A stretch of DNA of 64,000 bases, from contig CAZSFP010000003.1 in assembly GCA_964606285.1 (NCBI GenBank), positions 84,967 through 148,966 of the forward strand, given 5' to 3'. The position numbers were made by a program, and so were the translations under genes. Under the pieces are notes generated by a model, which was not told the DNA's origin, made no database searches, and saw only the letters and a program-made list of their open reading frames with translations. Shown here piece by piece: positions 48,025 through 56,738 of this stretch (the stretch's first letter is position 1; every line of letters starts with the position of its first letter). This DNA is from an uncultured Candidatus Saccharibacteria bacterium. Its GTDB lineage: Bacteria; Patescibacteriota; Minisyncoccia; Phycocordibacterales; UBA9973.

Positions 48025-48750
48025 ATGAAAATTACAAAAATTATTGCATCTATCTCACAGGAAGATATATTAAATGCTGTTAAAGAAATATTGAAAAAAT
48101 CGGGTTATATACCTAAAGAAACTTTTACCATTAAAGACTTGGGACCAATTTTGAAAGGAGATATTTCTCTTGAGGTTATTCAAGAAGATCAAAAAAATCA
48201 ACTTCTTTCTTTAGAAAATGTTATTTTTCCTGAAGAGTTTTTTGTGAGACTTTGTGGTAAATGTCAAAATTTGTCAGTGTTTATAGTAAATATTTCTGAA
48301 GAAAAAATACAGGAATCTGCAAACCGTGTTTTGAAAAACATGAAGAAGGATTCTCAGGAATTATTGATTAAAGCGTTCATTTCAAATAAAAACCTCGACA
48401 AAAAATATCTTTCACTGAAGAAGATTTTTGGAGAATTAGAATATCAAAAAATTTCTGAAACATTATTAAATCTTTATAGTGATTTTGGTCATAAAATGTA
48501 TCTTGATTTAAGAAGTCAGATAAACACACTTCCATTAAAATTTCAAAGAGAAAGAAAAGAAGTTCTTGATATACCTCTTGTTGATCTCGGAATGTCGGTT
48601 AGAAGTTTGAATTGTTTGAAAGCTGCTGATCATGTAAAATTTAAAGATGTAATTTCTGTTCCTTTTGAAATATTAGGAAAATACAGAAATTTTGGTCAAA
48701 AAAGTTTTCAGGAAATTTTGGATTTGAAAGATATGTATAAAATACAATAA
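48025..48750 (+). CDS. Orphan with a C-terminal RNA polymerase alpha-CTD-like domain
   Basis: LDIPLVDLGMSVRSLNCLKAAD...YRNFGQKSFQEI matches alphaCTD (LSVRS.NCLK...NFG.KSL.EI); no alpha N-terminal domain; own promoter (TTGACA 47971) and terminator (48763-48789). Confidence 0.82.
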   Translation: MKITKIIASISQEDILNAVKEILKKSGYIPKETFTIKDLGPILKGDISLEVIQEDQKNQLLSLENVIFPEEFFVRLCGKCQNLSVFIVNISEEKIQESANRVLKNMKKDSQELLIKAFISNKNLDKKYLSLKKIFGELEYQKISETLLNLYSDFGHKMYLDLRSQINTLPLKFQRERKEVLDIPLVDLGMSVRSLNCLKAADHVKFKDVISVPFEILGKYRNFGQKSFQEILDLKDMYKIQ

Positions 48751-48811
48751 GACTATTGTTGTAAAAATCCCCGCTCTGCGAGGGATTTTTTTGTGGTAAA
48801 ATTGGATCACA

Positions 48812-49660
48812 ATGCAATTCAGTCATTTCGATATTCATTCGCATCTCAACTTGAAGCCGCTCTATGAAGGGCGCGCGGATATTCTCGCGCGCATGAGGGA
48901 AGAGAAGATTGGCACTATTACGGTCGGGGTGGATTATGAGACGTCGAAGCAAGCGATTGATCTTGCACAGGAGAATCCGGATATATTGTGGGCGACAGTT
49001 GGATTACATCCGAACGATAATGTCGATGAGATTTTTGAATATGAAAAATATTTGGAATTGGCGAAACATGAAAAAGTGGTAGCAATAGGAGAAACGGGTC
49101 TTGATTATTTTCGATTAGATAGACAATCCTCCTTCGCTAAAGCTACTGAGGACAAGCAAAAAGAACTTTTCAGGAAACATATTGAACTTGCTCTTGAAGT
49201 TAAAAAACCTCTGATGATTCACGCACGACCAAGTAAGGGAAGTATGGATGCGTATGAAGATGTGATTGAGATATTGGAACAACATGCTTCGATCTCACCC
49301 CAGCCCTCTCCTAATCTAGGAGAGGGGGAAATACAAAGAATTCATGCAAATTTTCATTTCTTTGTCGGTGATACAATCACTGCACAGCGAATTGTAAAAA
49401 ATGGCTGGACCATGTCATTTGATGGTCCTATCACATTTTCCCGTGATTATGATGATGTTATCCGGGCTATTCCGTTTGAAAATATCATGGCCGAGACTGA
49501 CGCACCGTTTGCCGCACCTGAGCCATATAGAGGTAAAACTTGTGAACCGTGGATGGTGTCAGAAATCGTCAAAAAGATCGCAGAAATCAAGGAATTGCCC
49601 CTTGAAACGGTTCAAAAAGCCCTCCTCGGGAATAGCGTTCGGATTTTTGACATACGGTAG
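48812..49660 (+). CDS. tatD: TatD family nuclease with two in-frame palindromic inserts
   Basis: DIHSHL, GLHP, AIGETGLDY, PLMIHAR, ETDAPF. Confidence 0.93.
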   Translation: MQFSHFDIHSHLNLKPLYEGRADILARMREEKIGTITVGVDYETSKQAIDLAQENPDILWATVGLHPNDNVDEIFEYEKYLELAKHEKVVAIGETGLDYFRLDRQSSFAKATEDKQKELFRKHIELALEVKKPLMIHARPSKGSMDAYEDVIEILEQHASISPQPSPNLGEGEIQRIHANFHFFVGDTITAQRIVKNGWTMSFDGPITFSRDYDDVIRAIPFENIMAETDAPFAAPEPYRGKTCEPWMVSEIVKKIAEIKELPLETVQKALLGNSVRIFDIR

Positions 49661-49681
49661 AATTTCTGATAATCTACACCA

Positions 49682-49728
49682 GTCTTGTTCGGTGCATTGG
49701 TCATGTACCGCTTAGTCCACAACAAGAC
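49682..49728 (+). promoter_or_regulatory. Candidate rpsF leader hairpin (possible S6:S18 autoregulatory site)
   Basis: GTCTTGTT/AACAAGAC outer stem, CGGTGCAT/ATGTACCG inner stem and a 3' bulge, 17 nt before rpsF. Confidence 0.4.
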
Positions 49729-49745
49729 ATATTTAATTAATATAT

Positions 49746-50234
49746 ATGGAAGAAAACACAATTCGTCGTGTCTATGAATGGGCATACCTCCTTCAGCCGA
49801 CACTCGACGACGAAGCACTCGCACGAACGCTTGCAGAATTTCGGTCAGCAATGACTGAAAAGGGAATGGAAATCATCAATGATGAAGCTCCAAAAGTTAT
49901 CGATCTCGCATACACAATAGAACAGGTGATCGATCACAAGCGTGCAAAATTTACTCAAGCATATTTCGGATGGATCAAATTTGAGGCAGAACCAGCGCAT
50001 GCGATTATGATCGATGCAATGGCAAAAGCACATGGATCTGTTATTCGTTACTTGCTCATCAAGACAGTCCGCGAAAATACGATCGCAAAACGCCAGCCGC
50101 GCCGTGTCCGCAAAGATGCTGATGGCAATGATATTCCAGCAGATCCTGCATTGGCAGCTGAAACACCAGTAGCTCCACAAGCAGAAAAATCACAAGAACA
50201 GGCAGTTAGTGATGCCTTGGTTGATATTGTCTAA
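49746..50234 (+). CDS. rpsF: 30S ribosomal protein S6
   Basis: YE...LLQP, LAY.I, VIRYLLIK; first gene of rpsF-ssb-rpsR. Confidence 0.9.
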   Translation: MEENTIRRVYEWAYLLQPTLDDEALARTLAEFRSAMTEKGMEIINDEAPKVIDLAYTIEQVIDHKRAKFTQAYFGWIKFEAEPAHAIMIDAMAKAHGSVIRYLLIKTVRENTIAKRQPRRVRKDADGNDIPADPALAAETPVAPQAEKSQEQAVSDALVDIV

Positions 50235-50277
50235 ATTGGTATACTGGAGACAGTATTCCTAATCATCAATAAAACCT

Positions 50278-50742
50278 ATGTATATCAACAAAGCATTCGT
50301 CTACGGTAATCTTACCCGCGACCCTGAACTCAAATCTCTTCCGTCCGGGATGAAAGTTGCAACATTTTCTGTCGCAACAAACCGTGTATGGAAAGACCAG
50401 TCAGGTGCCAAAAAAGAAACTCCTGAATTCCACAATATCGTGGTGTTCGGTCGCCAAGCAGAAACTTGTGCGCAATACTTGAAAAAAGGTTCACCGGTAT
50501 TCGTCGAAGGACGTATGCAGACCCGCAGTTGGGATGCGCCGGACGGATCAAAGAAATACCGTACAGAAGTCGTTGCTGACAGAGTACAGTTCGGTCCAAA
50601 ATCAGGTGGTGGTCAGTCATATGGCGGTCAAAATGAATCACCTGCAGCATCAGCAGCTCCGTCAAAGGGTTCTCCTGAAGAACAGTTGGAAACTATCGAA
50701 TATCCAGAAGAAGATACCTCAATAGATGATATTCCATTTTAG
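50278..50742 (+). CDS. ssb: Single-stranded DNA-binding protein
   Basis: NKAFVYGNLTRDPEL, VEGRMQTRSW, C-terminal DDIPF. Confidence 0.98.
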   Translation: MYINKAFVYGNLTRDPELKSLPSGMKVATFSVATNRVWKDQSGAKKETPEFHNIVVFGRQAETCAQYLKKGSPVFVEGRMQTRSWDAPDGSKKYRTEVVADRVQFGPKSGGGQSYGGQNESPAASAAPSKGSPEEQLETIEYPEEDTSIDDIPF

Positions 50743-50761
50743 AAACATTATTTAACTTACA

Positions 50762-50962
50762 ATGAAACAAGATTATTTCTCATCAAACAACATCAAGCAT
50801 ATCGACTACAAAGATACTGATATCTTGAAAAAGTTTTTGAATCCGAATGCTCGTATCGTTTCTCGAAAACGAACTGGCATGACGTCAAAGAACCAGCGCA
50901 AGTTGGCACTCGCCGTCAAGCGTTCACGATTTATGGGTCTTCTCCCGTTTATCGCGAAATAA
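50762..50962 (+). CDS. rpsR: 30S ribosomal protein S18 (no Zn-binding cysteines)
   Basis: IDYKD..ILKKF, RKRTG, QRKLALAVKRSR..GLLPF. Confidence 0.96.
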   Translation: MKQDYFSSNNIKHIDYKDTDILKKFLNPNARIVSRKRTGMTSKNQRKLALAVKRSRFMGLLPFIAK

Positions 50963-50979
50963 GTGAATAAAAAATCCCC

Positions 50980-51480
50980 TCATCGTGAGGGGGTTTTTTG
51001 TTTGATACCAATATTTAAAAGAAATCTATGATACGCAATATTTTGCTGTATTTTTTCTTGGAGAGTAAGCCATATATTGTCTGTGTGTTTTTCTGGAATA
51101 GGGTTGATGGTTAAAAAGAAAAACGTATCATATACATATATGTTTCGAGATATGATAGTTGCCACTGTTTCTGCGAATGTCATCAATATCCCTTCATTGT
51201 TGTAATGGGTATAAGGAGGTTCAAATACACATTCTTTTCTGTGAAATATTCGTATTTTTATACCCGACATACGAAAGTGATCTGTCATCCAAAAAATAAA
51301 TTTTTCAACAGTTTCATCGTGTGATGATATAAATAAAATACGATATTCTCTTTGATACAGTATATCTTTTTCTTTTAAGTCCTTTGTAATGTGCTTCTTT
51401 ATTTGATTACCAATACCAGGAAAAGATTCAATTCCTTTTATTTGTAATTCCTCTATCTGTAAGAATTTTGGTTCTTCCAT
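50980..51480 (-). CDS. AT-rich orphan (166 aa) with an N-terminal HhH-like motif
   Basis: IESFPGIGNQIKKHI resembles HhH L..LPGIG...A..I; promoter TTGCGG-17-TACAGT; start moved to ATG 51480. Confidence 0.65.
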   Translation of the reverse strand: MEEPKFLQIEELQIKGIESFPGIGNQIKKHITKDLKEKDILYQREYRILFISSHDETVEKFIFWMTDHFRMSGIKIRIFHRKECVFEPPYTHYNNEGILMTFAETVATIISRNIYVYDTFFFLTINPIPEKHTDNIWLTLQEKIQQNIAYHRFLLNIGIKQKTPSR

Positions 51481-51514
51481 AAATATAAAAGATTTTTTTG
51501 TTACTGTACTCCAA

Positions 51515-51546
51515 AAAAGAACACCCCGCAAGTGCAGGGTGTTTTT
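51515..51546 (-). terminator. Terminator closing the efp + hairpin-array transcript
   Basis: Minus strand AACACCCTGC-ACTT-GCGGGGTGTT-CTTTTTT. Confidence 0.78.
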
Positions 51547-51560
51547 GTTGGTGTTTTTCT

Positions 51561-51837
51561 GATTAGTTTATGCTTTGGCATATTCGCATTGCCATGCTCG
51601 GTATTTTCGCGTGTCTATTCTATAGATTAGACTATACACGTTCCTATATATTCGGCGTGGTCGCCTCAGTATGGAAAGGGTCTACTTTCTTCCGCGCCTC
51701 AGTTTGCTAACTTCGGCATCTCACGTGTCTACACGCTAATTAGTCTATGTCTCGTCCTACTGGACTCGACATCTTCGCGCCTCTACAGATTATTCTATAC
51801 TTCGGTCTGCTGACCTCAGTATCTTCGCTCGTCTACA
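51561..51837 (-). repeat. Tandem array of ~50-nt units, each with a covarying tandem-G.A hairpin (candidate ncRNA or REP array)
   Basis: Five hairpins of identical geometry, stem-YGAR-NNN-tetraloop-NNN-YGAR-stem, with different compensating stems; units start TAGAC/TAGAG and several end ATARAHTAAT-like. Confidence 0.8.
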
Positions 51838-52417
51838 CTCGCTCGACATACTCACCACTATCGGTATTCACGAGAATGGTTTCCCCGGCCTCGAGGAAGA
51901 GCGGGACGTTGACGGTTGCGCCGTTAGCAAGGAGTGCTGGCTTGTTGCCACCAGATGCAGTGTTACCACGGATTGCTGGTGATGTTTCTTTGATCAAAAA
52001 TGGCATTTTGATCGGAAGTTTGATACCAATCGTTTTTTCTTCATCGTCATATTCAAAGATAAGGGCAGTTACGATAGTGTCATCACTGAGAAATTTCTTT
52101 GCAGTGCCGATGATTTTTTCATCAATCGTAAAACGATTTTTGAGATCTTCTGGATCTGCGAACCAGTATTCGTTTTTTGCTTTATTGGCATACAAAAATT
52201 TAATTTCGCGTTTTGAAATTTCTGCTTCTTCGGCGGTGTCGGATGCGTGGTAGGTGACATTCCATGTGCGGCCGGAGAGAAGACTGCGGAGTTTGACCTG
52301 GTTTTGCGGTTTGCGTTGCTGGGTTCGCGCGACATGAGCTTCCATAACTTCGCAGGGCTCATCTTCATGAACAATGATGCACCGTTCTCGTATTTCACTG
52401 TAGGCAAGTAATGACAT
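51833..52417 (-). CDS. efp: Elongation factor P with a non-canonical loop
   Basis: EP..V, VKLRSLLSG, P..RGNTASGGNKPA.L.NG..V.VPLF...GE...VNT.SGEYVER; start moved to ATG 52417. Confidence 0.93.
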   Translation of the reverse strand: MSLLAYSEIRERCIIVHEDEPCEVMEAHVARTQQRKPQNQVKLRSLLSGRTWNVTYHASDTAEEAEISKREIKFLYANKAKNEYWFADPEDLKNRFTIDEKIIGTAKKFLSDDTIVTALIFEYDDEEKTIGIKLPIKMPFLIKETSPAIRGNTASGGNKPALLANGATVNVPLFLEAGETILVNTDSGEYVERV

Positions 52418-52549
52418 AAGGTATTCTCGTGATGGGTATCTGGGTAGACCCCGCAATTATTTTTACTAGGGGAGTATACCAAAAGACTCAGTTTCCGGCA
52501 ATTTGACATACGGACACCAAAAGACTATAGTGCAGAAAAATTAAAAATC

Positions 52550-52855
52550 ATGGTAGCAGGAAAAAAATACTCAAATCTAACGTTGGATGATTATAAAAAT
52601 CTAATCAAGAGAATCTTTGATGAACCTCAAAATATCAGTGATCGGTTCGGTATTCAAATGGATCTAAATTCGACAAAACATATTTCAATAGACACCCTCA
52701 AGAAGATAATTGAAAAGACAGACGAGGCGCTTGCGTTTAGTCTACAGAAACAAAAAAAGGGGAAGAAACCAAAGAATTTTCTAAAAGAAAAGGAAAGACC
52801 TCAGTTCATGAATTTTGTACATTTTCTGAAACAATATACAGCCGAAGAAAAATAA
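52550..52855 (+). CDS. AT-rich basic orphan protein
   Basis: Promoter TTGACA-17-TATAGT-GCAGAAAAA; bidirectional terminator AAAAAATTACCCGA..TCGGGTAATTTTTT (52858-52889). Confidence 0.68.
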   Translation: MVAGKKYSNLTLDDYKNLIKRIFDEPQNISDRFGIQMDLNSTKHISIDTLKKIIEKTDEALAFSLQKQKKGKKPKNFLKEKERPQFMNFVHFLKQYTAEEK

Positions 52856-52896
52856 AATAAAAATTACCCGAAAATCTCGGGTAATTTTTTTGTATA

Positions 52897-53955
52897 TTAT
52901 TCAGTTCCTGATTCCATAACGACCTCTTTCATTCTCTTTCTGACATCTTTCATGATTTGATCGCGCAGTTTTGGATTTTCTTTCATAAATGTTCGAGTTG
53001 CGTCATAGCCACGACCAAGCTTTACTTCTTCTCCTTTTTTTCCATCTTTATCTATTGGGGTATAGCTATAGCTTGTGCCACTTTTAGCCATAATACCGAG
53101 TTTTTCACCGAGAGCAATGAGTTCACCTTCGAGAGAAATACCTTCACCATAGATGATGTCAAATTCTGTCTGCTTGAAAGGGGCGGCAACTTTGTTCTTC
53201 ACAACTTTCACTCGCGTTCGAGAACCAACCACCTCTTCACCTTTTTTGATCTGTGCAATGCGCCGGATATCGAGACGGACTGATGTATAGAATTTGAGCG
53301 CTTTTCCACCTGGAGTTGTTTCAGGGTTGCCGAACATAACACCGATCTGCATACGGATCTGGTTGATGAAGATGACAACTGTATTTGATTTTGAGACGAT
53401 GGCAGTGAGTTTGCGGAGTGCTTGGGACATGAGACGAGCTTGTTTACCCATGTGCTGTGCTCCCATATCTCCTTCGATTTCATCTTTTGGAGTGAGTGCT
53501 GCCACTGAGTCGACAACGACGACACCGATCTTGCCAGAACGAACAAGCGTCTCGCAGATCTCAAGTCCTTGTTCTCCGGTATCTGGTTGGGAGATGAGAA
53601 GATTGTCGATGTCAACACCAAGCTTTCGGGCGTATTCGGGATCCATGGCATGTTCTGCATCAATATAGGCACAGACATCACCAAGTTTTTGGGCTTCAGC
53701 AACGATATGAGATGCCAATGTTGTTTTACCAGATGATTCTGGTCCAAAGATTTCGATGATACGGCCCCGGGGAACGCCGCCGATGCCGAGTGCGATATCA
53801 AGACCGATTGAACCTGTCGGGATTGCTCTGATATCAACGCGGGGTGCGTCACCAAATTTCATGATGGCACCATCACCAAATTTTGTTTGGATCGAACGAA
53901 TCGTGTCTGCAATACCTGCACCTGTTTCTTTTTTTTCTTTCTCTTTTTTTGCCAT
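52897..53955 (-). CDS. recA: Recombinase A
   Basis: [39 protein letters not shown]. Confidence 0.99.
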   Translation of the reverse strand: MAKKEKEKKETGAGIADTIRSIQTKFGDGAIMKFGDAPRVDIRAIPTGSIGLDIALGIGGVPRGRIIEIFGPESSGKTTLASHIVAEAQKLGDVCAYIDAEHAMDPEYARKLGVDIDNLLISQPDTGEQGLEICETLVRSGKIGVVVVDSVAALTPKDEIEGDMGAQHMGKQARLMSQALRKLTAIVSKSNTVVIFINQIRMQIGVMFGNPETTPGGKALKFYTSVRLDIRRIAQIKKGEEVVGSRTRVKVVKNKVAAPFKQTEFDIIYGEGISLEGELIALGEKLGIMAKSGTSYSYTPIDKDGKKGEEVKLGRGYDATRTFMKENPKLRDQIMKDVRKRMKEVVMESGTE

Positions 53956-53958
53956 ATA

Positions 53959-54345
53959 TTAATTGTTAGTAGTAATGGTTGTTCGTCGTGCCAAACTTTC
54001 TGTTGATTCGTGATAGACACGGTAGACTTTTTCTTTTTGGTTACCAAACTTATCGATAGCTGCGATCGTGATTATGTTGTAGCCATCCGGTAATAATATC
54101 TTTTCAGAAAATGCTCCGGCTTTATTTATAAAAATTTCTCGTCCATTAATCGAAAGGGTTGTGGCACGTGGTGCCGTACCTGTAATATCTAATATTTCTT
54201 CTGTGTAGGTCATACCATCACGGACACCGGAGAGGGAAAGGGAGACACCGGTAAAAAGTTCTCGTGCTTGAAACACGCCATAGACAACTGCTGCCGCAAT
54301 GATCGTCCCGCCTGTTATTTTTTTGATGTAGTCGAGATGTCTCAT
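53959..54345 (-). CDS. Membrane-anchored Ig-like small protein
   Basis: N-terminal TM; ITG...LSING...G.F...L.DGYNIITI.A.DKFGN beta-sandwich pattern; ATGA overlap with ftsK. Confidence 0.78.
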   Translation of the reverse strand: MRHLDYIKKITGGTIIAAAVVYGVFQARELFTGVSLSLSGVRDGMTYTEEILDITGTAPRATTLSINGREIFINKAGAFSEKILLPDGYNIITIAAIDKFGNQKEKVYRVYHESTESLARRTTITTNN

Positions 54346-56525
54346 TGGTTTGTTTCGATGCGTTCGCTATCCATACTCTTCTCAAGTATATCACGTGGCT
54401 TTGACCCATTGCCAGCGCCGACAATACCTCGTTCTTCGAGAATGTCGATCAAACGTGCTGCACGAGCATAGCCGATACCGAGTTTTCGTTGGAGGAATGA
54501 TGTAGATGCTTTTTGGTGTTCAATAACGATTGATCGAGCTTCTTCATAGAGGTCATCGTCTTCATCATCACTAACTTGTGATTCAAAGAGTGAGCTGTCT
54601 GCGCTGATCGATCCGCCAAAGTCTATATGATCGGGTAATTGGTCACGGTACGCATCAACGAGATATTTGACCACGGCTTTGACTTCATTTTCACCGATGA
54701 ATGCCCCTTGAAGACGTTTTGGTTGACCGTCACCGTCGGCATAGAGCATGTCACCGGAACCAAGGAGTTTCTCAGCACCGGCGGTATCGAGAATGGTTCG
54801 AGAATCGACTTGCGTTGGGACACGAAAGGCGAGACGGGTCGGGACATTGGCTTTGATGAGACCAGTGATGACGTTGACCTCAGGGCGCTGAGTGGAGAGG
54901 ATGAGGTGAATACCGACAGCACGGGACATCTGTGCGAGTCGAACGATGGCCGCTTCGAGTTCGCGCGGATATGCCTGCATGATGTCAGCCAATTCATCGA
55001 TCATGATGACTATATATGGTAGTGGATCTGGACGAGTTGTCTCATCTTTTCCTTTCCATGTATCAACAATAGTCTTGTGATAGGACTCGATATCACGAAC
55101 GGATTCGGATTGAAGGATGTCATATCGGCGATCCATTTCTTTTGCCGCCCATTTGAGAGCTTGGATACATTTCTTTGCGTCAGTGATGACTGGGGTGAGG
55201 AGGTGCGGAATCTTGTTATAGAGAGTGAGTTCGACACGTTTCGGATCGACGAAAATAAACTTGAGATTCTCAGGGCCGTTTCGATAGAGGAGTGAGGTGA
55301 TGATACCGTGAATACTGACAGATTTACCCGAACCAGTTGTACCGGCAATGAGAGCGTGTGGCATGCGTGCAAGATTTTTCACGTGTGCAACACCAGCAAT
55401 GTCACGGCCAACAGCGACAGCCAGGGCCTTGTCTGCTTTTTGGAATGCTGGGTCAGCGAGAAGTGTGCCCAATCCAACAATGGATTTTGTCTTGTTTGGA
55501 ATTTCGATACCGACGAGTGATTTGCCAGGAATAGGTGCTTCGATACGGATCGGATGGGCAGCAAGTGCCATTGCCATATCATTTTGAAGACCAACAATAC
55601 GGGAGAGCTTTACTCCGACCGCAGGCTTGAGTGCGTAGCGGGTGATGGTCGGACCAACTGTGACTTCATCCATCTCGACTTCAATGCCGAAATTAAGGAG
55701 TGTTCGTTTGATGATATTTGCGTTTGCTTTAATATCACCGACGTTGGCCTTGCCGCGATCGTGTTCGAGAAGTGAGAGTGGTGGTGGAACGTAGGGGATA
55801 GAAGAAAACATGGGACGAGGTTTTGATATTGTTTCAGGAATATCAATTTCTTCTTCGTTTACTGGTGTCGATTCTTCAGTAATTTCTTCTTCTTGAGTCG
55901 GAGGAATTTCTGTTGTTGAAATTTGTTCATCAGATGTTCCGTCTTCATGATCAGAACCTGTGATGAGAACATCCATCTCATCAATTTTTTTCTTTTGAAA
56001 TATGTTCTTTATTTTTTCAAGCAAAGGGATGAGTTTTGGATGTTCATCAAAAACGACAATAAGTGAAACGATCAGGAGAGCACCCAATATCAAGATACTC
56101 GCATAGATATCAAAGAAGGTAAGGAACGGCCACGCAACGCCTTGACCGACAAATCCAGCGGCGTGAGGAATACTGATATGGACGAGACCGAGTGTTGCCA
56201 AGAAAAATAGTACAGCACTGACGATTTGGATCGTAGAAAAAGAAAGACGCGCATGTCGTGCCATGGAGTAACCGAACACCAGTAATCCGACAGGTATCAA
56301 AAAATAACCGATACCAACGAGTGATTGAAAGAGATGAAAAATGGCTGTTCCTGCGATACCGGCTTTGCCCATAGATGACAATAAAAAGAAAAATCCCAAC
56401 ACAAAAAGGACGATGCCAATAACGGACATCTTTGTCTCTTGTTTGAGAGAAAGAAGAGGGGATTCATCTTCTTCTTTCATCTTTCTTTTCTTTTCTTTGG
56501 TATCGTCTTTTTTATCTTTCGCCAT
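54342..56525 (-). CDS. ftsK: DNA translocase FtsK/SpoIIIE
   Basis: 4-TM N-terminus, PHALIAGTTGSGKS, IDELAD, STQRP, gamma domain STSFLQRKLGIGYARAARLID. Confidence 0.98.
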   Translation of the reverse strand: MAKDKKDDTKEKKRKMKEEDESPLLSLKQETKMSVIGIVLFVLGFFFLLSSMGKAGIAGTAIFHLFQSLVGIGYFLIPVGLLVFGYSMARHARLSFSTIQIVSAVLFFLATLGLVHISIPHAAGFVGQGVAWPFLTFFDIYASILILGALLIVSLIVVFDEHPKLIPLLEKIKNIFQKKKIDEMDVLITGSDHEDGTSDEQISTTEIPPTQEEEITEESTPVNEEEIDIPETISKPRPMFSSIPYVPPPLSLLEHDRGKANVGDIKANANIIKRTLLNFGIEVEMDEVTVGPTITRYALKPAVGVKLSRIVGLQNDMAMALAAHPIRIEAPIPGKSLVGIEIPNKTKSIVGLGTLLADPAFQKADKALAVAVGRDIAGVAHVKNLARMPHALIAGTTGSGKSVSIHGIITSLLYRNGPENLKFIFVDPKRVELTLYNKIPHLLTPVITDAKKCIQALKWAAKEMDRRYDILQSESVRDIESYHKTIVDTWKGKDETTRPDPLPYIVIMIDELADIMQAYPRELEAAIVRLAQMSRAVGIHLILSTQRPEVNVITGLIKANVPTRLAFRVPTQVDSRTILDTAGAEKLLGSGDMLYADGDGQPKRLQGAFIGENEVKAVVKYLVDAYRDQLPDHIDFGGSISADSSLFESQVSDDEDDDLYEEARSIVIEHQKASTSFLQRKLGIGYARAARLIDILEERGIVGAGNGSKPRDILEKSMDSERIETNQ

Positions 56526-56565
56526 GATTCTGTATATCTTTTTAACCGTTAAATTATATCATGTC

Positions 56566-56574
56566 TGTGGATAA
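56566..56574 (-). promoter_or_regulatory. Single consensus DnaA box in the ftsK promoter region
   Basis: TGTGGATAA = reverse complement of TTATCCACA, 41 nt upstream of the ftsK start. Confidence 0.5.
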
Positions 56575-56738
56575 CTTTTCTTTAGTATTCGTATCAAAAT
56601 CAAGGAAAAATTTGATCTGTCAAAGACCTCTAATAGATTTATTTAATGCACTGTTTTATTTTCTTTTTTCGTGTATAATCGACATGTTAAAGGACAAATA
56701 TATAGATATGTCGTTTATAAACGACATATAAAAGACAT

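Noticed and set aside
48025-48750. rpoA
   Set aside because: Only the CTD is similar; no N-terminal assembly domain and not in the rpsK-rpsD-rplQ context.
51561-51837. CRISPR array or hammerhead ribozymes
   Set aside because: No identical repeats with unique spacers and no cas genes; the variable parts are self-complementary stems. CTGAG..CGAA lacks the CUGANGA/GAAA core and third stem of a hammerhead.
321-52855. Integron cassette array explaining the orphan genes
   Set aside because: Genes are dispersed, carry their own promoters, flanking hairpins look like plain terminators, and no intI or attC pattern was seen.
56526-56738. Replication origin
   Set aside because: Only one consensus DnaA box, and no dnaA or dnaN in the window.
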